Source of the DNA: Saccostrea echinata | Taxonomy: Eukaryota | Length of the DNA stretch: 64,000 nucleotides | Assembly (NCBI RefSeq): GCF_033153115.1 | Contig: NW_026889779.1 | Coordinates: forward strand, 9,796,001-9,860,000 | Direction: 5' to 3' | In this document: in pieces, positions 26,221-38,463 of the stretch | Layout of the letters: every line of letters begins with the position of its first letter | Position numbering within the stretch: the stretch's first letter is position 1 | Made by a program: the position numbers and the translations under genes | Notes under the pieces: generated by a model | The model's input: the letters and a program-made list of their open reading frames with translations, nothing else | Databases searched by the model: none | What the model was told of the DNA's origin: nothing

Positions 26221-27559
26221 CTATTATTATTGTATATACCCCATAAAAAAAACATTCAACCTCTATATAATTATATAGCTGTATAACCATATATACATTG
26301 TTTATTTAATTTTCAAATCATGTTTTACTTTCAAAAAATCCAAGTATAAATACTTCCCAATATAGTTTGTTTTTGTAGTCTAAACAGAACATTTTGATAT
26401 GTAGGAAGCGGTGGTGCCGGAGGCATGGGAGGTGGCACCTCATCTTACATGTATCAGAAAGAAACCTCAACTTACAAGTCTGGTGGTGGCAGCGGTGGTG
26501 GCGGTGGAGCCGGGTACAACATGGCGTACGGCGAGTCCACCACGGCAGATTACGACATGGCCACACCAGCAAACTACACCAGCAACACTCTCTCGTCTTC
26601 CATGGGAAGTGGGCTAGGTGGCGCTTCGTTAGGTGCCAATACTATGAGTAAGAGCGGATATAATACGATGACATCTTCCTATAGCTATCAGGTAATTGTA
26701 TCTATGTGTGTTTTGTTCTGGTGTGTTTTTATTGCCGTGTTTTGTTTGTCATCCATTCTTGATCAAAGCATGGTCAATTTTGTGAGGTTTATATCGTTGG
26801 TTTGTCTCTGTTTTCATCATCATCATCACCATTCTTTATGTTCTAGAAAAGGTTTATTTATTTATGTTATTCAATTTTTAAATAGAATTTTGTTTAATAG
26901 TAAAATCATTAACTTTGTCAAATTATAAATGTTTTATGCATTGATTGTAAAAGTCAAGTTTTCGCCAATAATAATTGTCATCAACAGTATTACCCTTGTT
27001 TTGTGTGATCACGCGAAATTTTAATGACAGGGAAAGTGGATTTTGTTGAATTTATTTTAAATTTAAAGATGAGATATTCCAAAAAAAAAAAAAACAACTA
27101 TTTTTTTAAAATGTTTAGAAATCAAATATTTTAATGCCAAGACGCCATTGTTTTAACAGACAGCTTCACTTCATCAGAAACGGTACCTTGTAAGTCATCA
27201 TCCTCATTTTTCCCTCTGCATGTCAAATGTACCCAGAAAATCTTCCTCTAATTCTCTTCACATCCTTTACGTGGTACTAGATACCACACTAGATCCCGGT
27301 TACACGTATTAATTCTATATATCCAGATTTAACACTATTGCAATGAGCTTTATAAAAAAGGACATTCATTTATATATTGTGTAATTGGGATCGAGAAACT
27401 CAGAATACTGATTGTTGTACAAGCCATGTTGTGCTCAGAATGATTAAATATGCATCCCCTTTCGTTATGAGTAACAAAATCCAGTAGATTTTTTCCTTTG
27501 ATTTAATCCTTCCAAGGTATGTGAACCTGTAGCATGTAGATGGAACAGCGTTCTTTTAA

Positions 27560-27602
<43 letters not shown>

Positions 27603-30285
27603 AGAAGTTTAGAAATGAATGATAGAAGAAACACTTTTGGAATGTTTTATTATATTAGCTATAGATGTTTCATTTTTAGTATCTTAATGTTACCTTCCCT
27701 CAAAGTTATATTCTTAAAACCCATCATAGATGTAGGGTTACTTAGTTAATAGGACTTTTAGAAACTTTACTAGAAAAAGGAAAAGACTAGAGCTTACTAG
27801 AGTCTTTTATGGGAAAATAATATGTGAGGGAATCCTCCATTGATTTTATTGCACATACGGAATTTATTATACATTGTATATCCAAAGTATTTTAACGTTA
27901 TTTGTCCGCATTCTCATTTCAATGCTTTGTGTGTTGCACTTGCTTTGTGTGTAAATGTATCATTTTTGCCATTTTCTTTTCTCACAACTCTTTGTGGCTC
28001 AGAATAAAACCTTGATCTATTTGCTTTGACCATTTAGGTTCAAAACGTCCGTACTATGATGGCCAATCAAGCCGGAAATCAGATGGTTCAGTATAGCACG
28101 ACCTCTAGCGGCGCGGTGACACCGGGGGCTGCTGGAGATGAAGTGCGTGTTGACTGTTGTCTAATGGCGACGGACGGCAGAAGTGTCGTCACTGGATCTA
28201 GTCTAGGACCACCACAAGTTTGGGACATGCAGGTAATTTTTGTTCGACGAAAAATCCTTCAATGTTTCTTCAATGTATGTCTATCATGAAAACACAGTCG
28301 TTGAGGTAGCAGTAAGGAAGATAGTTAAACGATTTACAAGTTAAATGTAACGAATTGGAATAGTATAAGGCCATAAATACATGAACATAATAGTCAATTA
28401 TAAATGCCTTTATTTTAATATTTGGCTTTGTATAGAATGGAGAATTATTGAGAATCATGAAGGGAGATACCGTAGGATCAACAAACCTCCATCTTGCCTG
28501 TAACGACCGTCTGCTGGTCGGCGCTGTACACGCTGATTTAGAGGTCAACGAATATTCAACCAGAAAAGGTGTCACAAATAAAAAATTACAGGTACTGTCC
28601 CAAGTTTTATTTTAATTTACGAGTATACAATTAGGAAGTTCTTCGTATGATAGAGTTAACACTGGTATTATTTTTTAAACGCAAGATTCTCTTTTTTTTT
28701 AAATGTGTATAATTCCATTGCTTTGAAAACTCTTGTATTTTCAGATTTGGGACTACACCACGGGTAAACCATTAGAGATGGGAACAGAAGAGACGTGTTC
28801 TGCATTGTGTGTAATGTCAGACCCTGACAAAGTAGTGTTTGCTAGGTCTGAAAAGTTTGGTAACGCTACTCATGTAGTAGTGTGGGACTTGTTAGGAAAC
28901 CAAGCATTGAAAGAGGTGAAATATGATGCACCTGTAGGAAATAATGACTATGTGAATTTCTTAAAACTTTCCCACAATGATAGATACTGTGTATTAGGAT
29001 TTTCCAATTCATTTGACAATCACGCAGAATTTGTAGTATTTGACATGAATCAAACCCAGCATGAAGTCACAGATCCTTGTCTGTTGAGGTTGGATGCAAA
29101 CACTGACTGTACAGTGATTCTACCTCGTGATGAGGCTGTAACAGGTCTACGCAATGGTGACCTTGTGGTATGGAGTCTGCGCACTGGCCAACCCAGTCGT
29201 CAGTTGCTTTCCGGTACCGGTGTGCATGCGCACAACCAGGAAGTGAAGGCGGTCGTTCTTTCAGACGATAATCGATACTTAGTATCAGCATCAGCAGATG
29301 GTACTCTAAAAGTGTGGGACATGCAAACCGAGAGACAGATCAGTACATTAAGAGGTCACAAAGATGAAGTGAGTACTTTATGCACTGGTGATCATTCACT
29401 CATTCTTGTACAATTCAGAGGAGATTGTGCAACTTCTGTGCATGTTTATCTAAATATATATACATGTATCAAAATTTGTAATTTTATTTCAAAGAACAAA
29501 TCTGAAATAATGGCAAGAGTCTGGTAAATGTAGCAAGTAGATAAAAACAAAAAAGAAAAACAAGAAATATTATACACCTATTTACTGGCTATGAGGACAA
29601 TAGCAAGTTTATCGTTCCCCAAGACAGCAACTATTTCCCGAGGCGCAGCCGAGGGAAATAGTTGCTGTCGAGGGGAACGATAAACTTGCTATTGTCCGAA
29701 TAGTCAGTAAATAAGTGTTTTATTATACCGAAGCAGTCTTTACTTGTGTTACGTCACAATCTGTATAAAACCAGAAGAGTTCCCATATGAAAAGCGAGGG
29801 AAACAGAATGCTCCCGGTGAATAGTTTAATGACTATTTCACCATGGGCAAATAGCACGAAAACTATTCCACGGTAGGTGCTGGTTGGAAAAAATAGCATG
29901 TTTATTCGTAATATTTTTATATAGAAAAAATTCACAGAGGTATAATAAAATTAAATGCTTTAAAAGAAGTATCTTTTATACGTTGATTTTTTTATTTGTA
30001 AAATAGGCTTTGTTATATTTTTCAATTTCTCCTTAGGTTTGGTGCGTGGCTATTTCCCCAGACAATGAAATCGTCGTATCTGGTGGTAAAGATGCTTCGA
30101 TCCGCCTATGGAGAATGAAGAACGGAAGTGAAATCTGCGCATTCTCCACCGGCGTTGACGTCTTCTACGTCACAATGAGTCACGACAAGGGAACCATTGT
30201 GGCTCTTGGAGACAAATTTGGTGCCAGGAAATTGATAATGCTTCAAGTTGTACGCACAAAAATCCGAAGAACGGTCACAACATAG
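2737..30285 (+). CDS. Giant neurexin-like type I membrane protein, long isoform (5'-partial): 6 pentraxin/ConA-like LamG + 7 LNS + 3 EGF + TM + Gly/Ser-rich linker + WD40 repeats
   Basis: Hand-traced GT-AG exons, all phase-compatible: 2737-2964, 3226-3514, 3661-3809, 3922-4539, 4637-5284, 5373-6005, 7370-7981, 8280-8705, 8802-9338, 15195-15457, 17241-17372, 17537-17695, 17943-18588, 18696-18878, 18978-19198, 19940-20048, 20144-20926, 21025-21207, 21319-21539, 22182-22290, 22382-23143, 23241-23357, 23532-23716, 23867-24035, 24135-24236, 24412-24532, 24619-24725, 24875-25054, 25149-25586, 26405-26691, 28038-28232, 28436-28591, 28745-29368, 30037-30285 (stop TAG). About 10.84 kb coding. The first exon opens at a phase-1 acceptor, so the start lies upstream. 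Confidence 0.75.
6725..6738. promoter_or_regulatory. RFX X-box-like motif GTTACCATGGAGAC in an intron
   Basis: 12 of 14 bases match the palindromic X-box consensus GTTRCCATGGYAAC. It lies in a locally GC-richer intronic patch. Function unverified. Confidence 0.35.
9983..10085 (-). mobile_element. tRNA-derived SINE head fragment
   Basis: Minus strand shows A-box TGGCACAGTGG and B-box GGTTCGAATCC. Homologous to 45100-45196. Confidence 0.7.
10830..11315 (+). promoter_or_regulatory. Putative internal promoter/5' UTR of the short isoform
   Basis: GC/CpG-richer stretch immediately upstream of the signal-peptide exon, with a TATA-like GATATAAG near 10842. Inference only. Confidence 0.35.
11316..11358 (+). 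CDS. Alternative first coding exon encoding a signal peptide (MREITFLALLALAI), start of a short isoform
   Basis: ATG at 11316, hydrophobic core, consensus donor G|GTAAGT at 11359 (phase 1). Joining to the 15195 exon gives MREITFLALLALAIAVTTTQA-QSNLY, a typical cleavable signal peptide. The summed CDS 11316..30285 is 6744 nt = 2247 aa plus stop. Confidence 0.75.
14229..15094 (+). mobile_element. Degenerate non-autonomous Helentron-type (HINE-like) element
   Basis: T-run start, CCCC...GGGGG subterminal inverted repeat, GTCC/GTCT microsatellite, internal AAGGTCAAGGTCA-type repeats, 3' end ACGGGGAA...ATCTTGTTT. Confidence 0.6.
15195..24532 (+). CDS. Neurexin-like ectodomain: LNS-LNS-EGF-LNS-LNS-EGF-LNS-LNS-EGF-LNS (17 exons)
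   Basis: LamG motifs (FRFRT..GLL, LND..WH, YLGG/WIGG, GFxGC). Three 6-Cys EGF modules (18696-18878, 21025-21207, 23241-23357). The last LNS has GGLILYTF...NDGKYHVVKFLRNG and LDLAHHNDARINIVG, closely resembling neurexin LNS6 as I recall it (NDGKYHVVRFTRSG; LNMAAENDANIAIVG). Confidence 0.85.
16130..16790. mobile_element. Tc1/mariner-type MITE (degenerate)
   Basis: Imperfect TIRs GTTGTCCCAAAATTTCGT / ACGGAATATTGGGACAAC, flanked by TA-rich sequence. Confidence 0.5.
24619..26691 (+). CDS. Pro/Gly-rich stalk, single TM helix and Gly/Ser/Thr/Tyr-rich cytoplasmic linker (4 exons)
   Basis: TM AGAAMGTLLG|TMAFLASLMWAFW is split across exons 24875-25054 and 25149-25586 and is followed by basic RLKP (positive-inside). 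Poly-Gly tracts follow in exons 25149-25586 and 26405-26691. Confidence 0.75.
25648..25782. mobile_element. Small MITE-like element
   Basis: Inverted ends CATAGGCGGATCCAG / CTGAAATCCGCCTATG. No clear TSD. Confidence 0.4.
26139..26217. repeat. (TA)n microsatellite
   Basis: About 39 TA units. Confidence 0.95.
27564..27600. repeat. (CT)n microsatellite
   Basis: Direct observation. Confidence 0.95.
28038..30285 (+). CDS. C-terminal WD40-repeat domain (4 exons)
   Basis: WD40 signatures: VVTGSSLGPPQVWDM, LQIWDY, VVVWDL, AVTGLRNGDLVVWSL, AHNQEVKAVVLSDDNRYLVSASADGTLKVWDM, GHKDEVWCVAISPDNEIVVSGGKDASIRLWRM. In frame with exon 26405-26691 through a phase-0 intron. Confidence 0.85.
29570..29949. mobile_element. 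Hairpin-capped non-autonomous repeat element
   Basis: Near-perfect ~145-bp palindrome 29574-29718 (loop CGAGGCGCAGCCGAG), followed by TTATTATAC ... GGTATAATAAA. Confidence 0.6.
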
Positions 30286-32540
30286 ATATGAAATATCAGT
30301 TTACAGTTTAGAACTGTGTTGTGTACTTGACGAATTCAGATTTAATATATTTTGATTATTTGTTTGCATAATTTTTTTAGTTATGAAAAGTTTCAAAATT
30401 TATATTGTTTTTTTAATTATGTTCAGTCTGTTTGCCAGATAACTGCTTGCCAAATAACTTTTAGATATAGATTTTTATTGCTACCAATACGATAACCAAA
30501 ACTATATTTTTGCCAGTAGATTTTTCTATATTTTTTATTAAGAATTCAGAGAGAAAAAATCTCAAAATATGCAATATTTTAAAGTTGTATTAATATTATT
30601 TCGAACCTATTTGATTTTAGCATTGTTTTGTTTAAAAAAAAAATGAAATCCATATTGTGTTTTATTTGAGATTACATGTTGTCCATGACACCACCACACA
30701 GAGAAATGGGTGGAAGGTACAAATTAAGACAGAATACTCACATTCGGACGAATTGATTGAATGTTGTTTTTATTGAATGCTTATTTATTATGTGCTATAA
30801 TATATATTAAAAATCTTTCAACCCTTTTTAGTTTTGTGAGTGTGATTTTTTTTGGGGGGGGGGGGGGGCTTTGATCAATTAAATTGAATACATTGGTTTA
30901 TAAGTATTTATTTTGGAGACGAAGATATTTGGAACAGTGGCCAATTTAGAGGAGAAACTTGTTTACAATCAACGTGTTATGTCATTCATGTGTCCCAATT
31001 CCGGAGACCTGGTTTAGTTTTAGGAAAAATAACAAAATTTCTTGGCTTCCCTTCAACTTGGAGTAAAGCTTGATAAAATTCAATATGGTTTGTACATTCA
31101 GACATCGCTACCCATTTCTTGAAGCATACTTAACTTTTTCGAAGACCGTTATATCTACATGTACTACGACACATATATGGGGCCTTATCTGAATATCGAC
31201 CTGCTGAACTATATAAACTTGAATAGTTTATAATCTATACCGTTCCCTTTTTATGACGAAATCATTCGAAACCGTCCGGGAACTTGCATAATATTCCTTA
31301 AATCAATAACAAGTTTTTAACCCGTAATGAAAGTAAATTAAATCATGGCCAGCACCTCTTTAGAGTCGAGCGAGTTTTTCGCTTGCTTGACCGTACGATA
31401 GTGAAATTGTAACTTGGTCAAGCTGGTTGGCAAAAATACCAAGAGCTGCAATTTATGAAACGAAGCTTGCAGCTAGTTCCCAGATTTTTCACCATGACAA
31501 TGCAGCCAAAAAAACTAACTTGGAAGTTGGTGCCAGAGGGGGTTAGCAATTATGGTAGTATATACGTTTGCATCAAAATTTATATTTTATGACCCGTAAG
31601 TCGCAACAGAACCCACCCATACCTTATCCTGGATAGAAAAATGTTTTCAGCGATACGAGATTACAGCTGGGAGTCAGAAACTTACCGAAAGTGTGGAAAT
31701 AGTATCTCCATATCATACAGAACAGTTGCAAAATGTTGAAACAGAAACGATTAAATATAATAAAATTTATATTTTCAAAAACAAAACAAGTACATATATT
31801 TAAAATATACACAATAAATTAAAGTTCTGTGAACACTCAAAGGTCTTTTGATTGGCCAGGAACAGCGTTATTAAATCAACCTATAAAATACAGAAAAAAT
31901 AGATTAAGGAACAATTAATAAAATAATCCATATTACTACTTTTAAAAATACGATTGATTCCTTTTTTAAGGATTAATAACGGATGAGCAATCATGGGATG
32001 GAATTCTTATACATGTATAATTATAATAATTATTTTGATAATTAACAGCAGCTCCACACAATGTTTTTAAAGAATTTTTAGAGGTATATACTGTAATATC
32101 ACTTAAGTGAACATGAAACGCATTATTAGTTTAAAATTTTACCATCTCGTTTATGACGAAATCGATGAAAAATAAACCTAGCCACGAAAATTAGTGATTT
32201 CACAGCATTAAAGCACGTGGTAAATTGTATAAACAGCGACTTTATGCATGAATTATTATGTGATGCCGTGTATATATAGCCGTATAAAACAATTATTTTT
32301 AAAAAAAAAACGGAAGAAAAGTCTAGACAGTTATTTAATATTCTTATATATATTTATAAAAAGTTTCTTAAATTGCAGCATTGCATAAATCGGAAATACG
32401 ACGTCGCAGATATGGTACACATATATGAACATAATATTCGATCTCTTCCATTTAGCATTCTAAAGATATAGATGTTGATTTGCATAATATATTTCAAAAC
32501 TGGTACATTGTACTTTTCTTTTATTCAATGATTGTCCTAT

Positions 32541-32634
32541 TCCGAAATATCTGACGTTTTCCTGGCTTTTTTTCCCTGGCACGTAAAATATCAAAAATCG
32601 TGAAAAAAGCCTGGAAAACGTCAGATATTTCGGA
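32541..32634. repeat. Inverted repeat/hairpin
   Basis: TCCGAAATATCTGACGTTTTCCTGGCTTTTTT pairs with AAAAAAGCCTGGAAAACGTCAGATATTTCGGA. Confidence 0.8.
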
Positions 32635-35600
32635 CTTTAATTGTCCATGTATGATTTTTATTTGTAAATGTATCAATTTCAATTTGCATTCTATTATTTT
32701 CAATTCAGTACTAAGTTGTCCATTTGTATTCCACATTTCGTTATCTACAATGTTTATTGATAATATTTTTCCCTATTCTTTTATACGCTATTTTTATTCT
32801 TTAATATTTTAATTTGTTTTGAATGTGAATACCATTTGAATTCTGCAACAAAATTTTTTTGTATTCCATAATTAGTGAATGATTACAAATTGATTGCAAA
32901 CGATAAAAATTGCAACATTCCAAGGTACAAATGAGGTATTATACAATACAGATTAAAATTATACTTTATGAAAATTAATGTGGAATACAATTTAAAAAAA
33001 ATACAAAATTATAGAATACAAAAATAGAAAATATACAATACAAATTGATAATTATAGAATACAATTTAAAAAAAAAAACCAATGCAAGTGGTGAAATGTA
33101 CAACGCAAATAGAAAATTATACAACTGCAAATTGAAAAGCTCGAAAATTGTAACGTTTGATATATCATATAGATTTTATACTGAAACGTTTTGATACGTT
33201 TAAATAATTATGCAATTTGAAGAGAATCGTCTCCCATATCAATTGTAAAGCGCATGCAGTCAGTACCCCTGTTACTTTTGAGATTTTGAAAGGGGAGGGG
33301 GTTACATCTCTTTAAAAATATCATAAGCGTCCACATTTGTTGTCATTTCTGGTGATTGGAGAGTAGCTGGTAATATTTATATTTTTATTTTTCGGTAATT
33401 CGTTTATCTGATCTGTTTTGGGTGATTAAAAAGACAATCCATTAAAACGGAAAAAATGTAAGGATGACTAACTCTCATGATTTTCTTATGATAAAGTGTC
33501 ATGTTTAAAAATAACTTAATCTCTTTGCTGAACACATGTACATTTTTTCTTAATCTGAGAGAGAGAGAAGAGAGGTCAGTGCTAGGGTAACATTGGGCTC
33601 CTCTTTTCTGTTATTGAATTATGAAACAATTATTAAACAAGTGGACCAAGAGAACAGGCATGCACGTTTGCTCTGCAAAACAATACACGTTTTACGACTT
33701 TGTTTGTAAATCCAATAATATTTGTTTATGGTCGGACTTCTTATTTTTTAATTTTTTTTAGATTCTCTAAATATTACGTTTCTCAAAAAGGGGTTATAAC
33801 CCCAATCAATTCCTTCACGTTGACTGATATATTTGTATAGCCTTTTGTCTATATATATAATCTATATAAAACTCATAAATACTTACCAAAAAAGAATGAA
33901 AATCTACACGTCTCTGAAATGCAATTATAACACACTCTCACATAGTCCGTCACCGACGAGGAAGACGTCCTTTTATCACGTGAAAATCCACGTATTACAC
34001 GCAATAAATGCGTTGACCGTTTCCTGACGTCACCAGCTGGAAGCCGTTCGTCAAAAAGTGCCGTTTGACCATAAATTGGTTGTGGAGAGGGAGGAGTCAC
34101 TTTAACTGGTGGTCCGTCCCATCTTTGTTTATAGTTAGCCGCACGACTAAAGGCACATCGCGTGGACGGAGAAGGTCCATCGTAATTTTTGGAGACACAT
34201 TTTTCAATACATTGTCTAAAACTGGTAGTTCGCTTTGATCCACTCACAGAGCCTTGAATAGATAATAATAATTATTCAAAACTTTTTTTTTTTTGTTATT
34301 TTAAGCATACAGGATTTACACTCTACATAGTTAAATATTTATTTACTTTTTTATTTATTTTTGCAATCACTACAAAAATTATTTATGTTCTATTTATGAA
34401 TTATTAGTCATGAGAGATAGTTTCATATACAGATACATACCTACTACACGTGCACTACCTAATAAGGTAAAACACATGCACACGGAAAAGAAAACAAGGT
34501 GTTCTTCCATTATTTCCCCAGGATTTGTAACAATAACTCTATGTCAACTACCTATCCTCCTTTTAAAAGGGAGGGTAGATACCTGTCACTCGAGCCAACG
34601 ATTTTCCTGTGGAGAGTGTATATGCGTTCAATAGATCTTGTTATCTATAATCAGGTGATTATCTTACATGCATTGCAGAAATTAAATAAATGTTTTTACG
34701 AGGTCCAACTGAATGTGTTGAAAAAAAAAATAATCCAAGTGTAACAGTGCTAGTATTCTGAATTAATTCTCACCCAACTAATACAATATAGTGAGATAAA
34801 TCTTATTATTGTGCTTTATTGAAAGATTTGGCCCATTTTCGTTGATGAATATTAATATTTATTCTAAGTTTTTTTTCAAAACATATGCTTTAAATCAATT
34901 TTTTTTTTAGAAAACTTACGTAAGGAAGCATATAAAAAAAAAATTAAAATCAATTTAAATAATACTCCTTGGAAATTGTTAGCTAAGATATAAAAGAGAG
35001 GATTTCTTTCTGTATAACTTTGAAATACTGGCATTGGTAATTTTTACTGTGCTTTAAAATTTCTAAAATGATTGAAGATATGGTTTATACATCTTTATAT
35101 AGACGAAAGAACTTTAAAGATTGGTACCATTTATGATAATATAAATATACATATATTTTTTTTTTTAAATATTACTATTATTTATTTATTCATTAATTCA
35201 TTATTTATTGGCATGAAAATTTAGCCTGTTGATTTTTTTTTTGGGGGGGGGGGGGGGTTATACTTCACATTTCCTTTTAAACGAAAATATCAGGGTTCCT
35301 AGTTTAAAAGGTCGTGTTCCAGATATTTATCAATGATTATTTGTTGTTGTACGAAATCCAGTTTTCTCTTGTCCTTGAATATACATGTATCTATATTTAT
35401 ACAGTATCTATATATGAAGGCAAGTTGTAGCCAGGTTAGACTTTGTATTTTGTAAATTTCTATTCATGACAATCGCCCTAATCTTACATCGACTCTTGCA
35501 TAACAAATGTTGTTTAATACATGCACTTTTAGCTATGGTACTTATGTACGCATTACTACAAGCTATAACCAATTTTCAATTTTTGAAAGATTTTTTCTCT

Positions 35601-36936
35601 TTAATTTCTGATAAAAGATTGTCAGTCAGTTATTTAGGTAACAAAATTTGATTTTCATCCAAGATTAATGTAGGTCGTGAACCGCGTAAGATTTTGGTTA
35701 TTCTGCATGTCGTCTGACATGAACATTCCATCTACGAACACGTGAACAGCGTTAATGTACAACTGGGTTTATGGGTCATAGCCCTTTTGTAACTTCACAT
35801 TTCTGTTGACAACAGTGTAATCTATCTTGAAAGTTTTATCAGGAAATGGTCAATATTGACAATCTATGTATTGTGTATTCTCTCTAGTTCCTCCGCACTT
35901 AACAACTTTCCAATATTTTGCATTGCCAATGTGACACTGATTCCATTTGTTATTCTGTTATATTGATGGAAAATATTTCGATTAGTTTTTGATTTGGAAT
36001 ACATAAAGAATAACACATACCCTTTTCCATTTCACATCCTGCATCACGAGGGCTGATACAGAATGTGATATGGAAAGGGGTATGTTTTAATATGTTTTCA
36101 CATACTTGGTAATAAAATACAGCACACATCTACTTGAGCAAATACGAATAAATAATCACTATCTTATTATATCAAAGAACATTAACTTGAAATTAAGAGG
36201 ATGTGAAAATAGTTGTATTATCACAACTGCTGTTTTTTAAAGGTTGTTAAAATCTGCAAGGGGTATGATATAAAAAACGCACCTGAACTGAATTTATTGA
36301 TCTCTTCACAATTTTACAATTGTATAGCGAGATATAAATGTAAACTACAATGATGAAAAATAAAAACACATATATGGCATGCGTGAGTATGAGGATAGAC
36401 AAATAGTACAATTATAGGTTTAGGTCTTTACTAGTATATAGGCTTAAATTTGTATCAGCCCTGCAGATCCATATCAGTTCTACAGGATCCGTATCAGCCC
36501 TGAAAGCTGATACGGCTTTGTGAATCAGGTATATCGCATACTAGTATGCAAAAAAAAAAACTGTATTTATTACTAAATATGTAATAAAGGCAAAGAAACT
36601 TAGATCGTAATGATCGTAATCGTCAAAATTTCAATATTCAATTAAAAATATTTTCAATTAAAAATATATACAAATACTAAAATATATATCTTAGTTCATG
36701 TGACAAAAAATAAACAAATTAAAATGTTTAAAAGTAGACTTGAAAGCATGCACATGCTGATACGGATTTATATCACACTCCTAGTAAATTAAACCTTGAA
36801 AAACAGTACTTCTGATAATACACTTTGTTTTTGTTTTGTTCACATTCTCTTAATTTTAAATCACTGTTCTTTGATATTAGGTACATGTCAGTAGTCAGTG
36901 TTTGATTATTTATTTGTATTTTTCTCAAGTTGATGT

Positions 36937-36937
<1 letters not shown>

Positions 36938-36976
<39 letters not shown>
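36938..36976. repeat. (CT)n microsatellite
   Basis: Direct observation. Confidence 0.95.
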
Positions 36977-36981
<5 letters not shown>

Positions 36982-36993
36982 CTACTAAGTATG

Positions 36994-37397
36994 AATAGAA
37001 TAGAATAGAATAGGATTTATTACCAAATCAGGGCCCAATGGGCATAAACATATAACATGTATAATTACAGATAACAGACAGAATACAACATATAATGAAG
37101 AGCAATTCTTCCATTTAGTACATTGGTGGTATTTTGAGTTTCATATGTAGACATACGTTGTCTTGATTTAAGATATATCTGCACTTTTAATTGATACAAC
37201 TTAATGTAAAATCATGTGCATTATTACTATTAATATTATACATATAACTGAACACATAAAAAAATGTCTGATACATCAACAAGAGGCAGCAAGAGTCGGT
37301 GCTAAAGGAGATATAGAAATCCACTTCTGCCTCATGTAGAATAAACAGATACATAATCTATGGAAAAGAGTATTACGGTAAAAAAAAATAATAATAG

Positions 37398-37428
<31 letters not shown>

Positions 37429-38463
37429 AATAAAAAGTTGTATGTTGAATGGCATGTGTAAATTATATTAAACTGCAATGGACAGCAAGAGTCCGTGCTG
37501 AAGGATCGTATATTATTATTTTAATTAATCCACTTCTGCTCAATGCAGAGTTATACAACAACACACGCATATTAACAACATATCATACTGTAGTATAGGT
37601 AGTGAATTAAAGTACATGTAAATGAAAGTCAAGTTCAACATGTAACTTTGAATTTGTCTAACTACATATGACATAAATTCACACAAATTGCACAGCACAT
37701 CAACATCTTCACAGTTCATTAACCATAAAAATTGGTTACTTTTAGACATACTATTAAAAAGATGGGAGCTCAGAGATATTGTGGAGAGAAAATTAATTCT
37801 TGATAGACTATGGCATGGACAACCAAAAGGAAAATGTATTTCATCTTCTACCTCTTTTAATTTGCAATTGGGGCATATTCTCTCTCCCCTTGGTATACCA
37901 TTATGTCGACCTTTTTCAATCATCAGATTGTGAGAAGAGATTCGAAATTTTGTTAAAATCTTCCTTTTCTCAAATTTTCTTAAGATTAATAAATAAGGTT
38001 CTAGCCCAAAGTTTTGTTTGATTGTGCAGTAAGTGTCTAATTTAACTTCCCACAAGTACTTAATTGTTCCTTCTTTTGATACCACTTTTCAAGAAAATAT
38101 GAATTAAGAATGCGTTTACAATGATATTTAAAGGCTGATGTAGATGATTTCAGATGAGGCATGAACTGAGGAAGAAGTTGTTTGAATATATCAATAGAAT
38201 CAAACCATGATAATTTGTTTTTATTGAAATTGGATATTGAGGCAGTGTATGCAGCTTTTAATAGAGGATATGTGTCATCCAAATTCTCTAACCTATGCCT
38301 ATGCCAGTAATTCAAAATATGCTGAACAATACTGAAACATATAGTGTGTACCTAATTCAGAAAGAACAGCAAATTTTGCACTTTTGTTATTTACGCCTAA
38401 TCTACAAAACTTGTAATGTAATTTCTCACAAAGTGATTTAGAATATAATTCATCCAGTGCAAC
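36994..38463 (-). mobile_element. 5'-truncated, frameshifted non-LTR retrotransposon (C-terminus of the RT ORF plus 3' UTR)
   Basis: ORF fragments 38299-38502, 38037-38315 and 37540-38085 with KFRISSHNLMIEKGR...ICPNC..EDEIHF..C (C-terminal CCHC-type finger of LINE ORF2). The 3' end has AATAAA and a (CTATT)n tail. Candidate TSD AGTATG at 36988-36993 and 38464-38469. Confidence 0.85.

Noticed and set aside
26052-26290. YIYIYI-repeat ORFs
   Set aside because: Artefacts of the (TA)n microsatellite.
26692-26928. Second TM segment (VIVSMCVLFWCVFIAVFCL) and poly-His in ORF 26425-26928
   Set aside because: Lies after a good donor (CAG|GTAATT). T/G-rich intron sequence translates as hydrophobic residues by chance.
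30854-30868. Poly-G tracts (also about 35222, 39099, 43922) as functional G-quadruplexes
   Set aside because: Simple homopolymer runs, several inside MITE-like repeats, with no evidence of function.
33873-34247. 124-aa minus-strand ORF as a gene
   Set aside because: Non-ATG start, no recognisable domain and no supporting exon structure.
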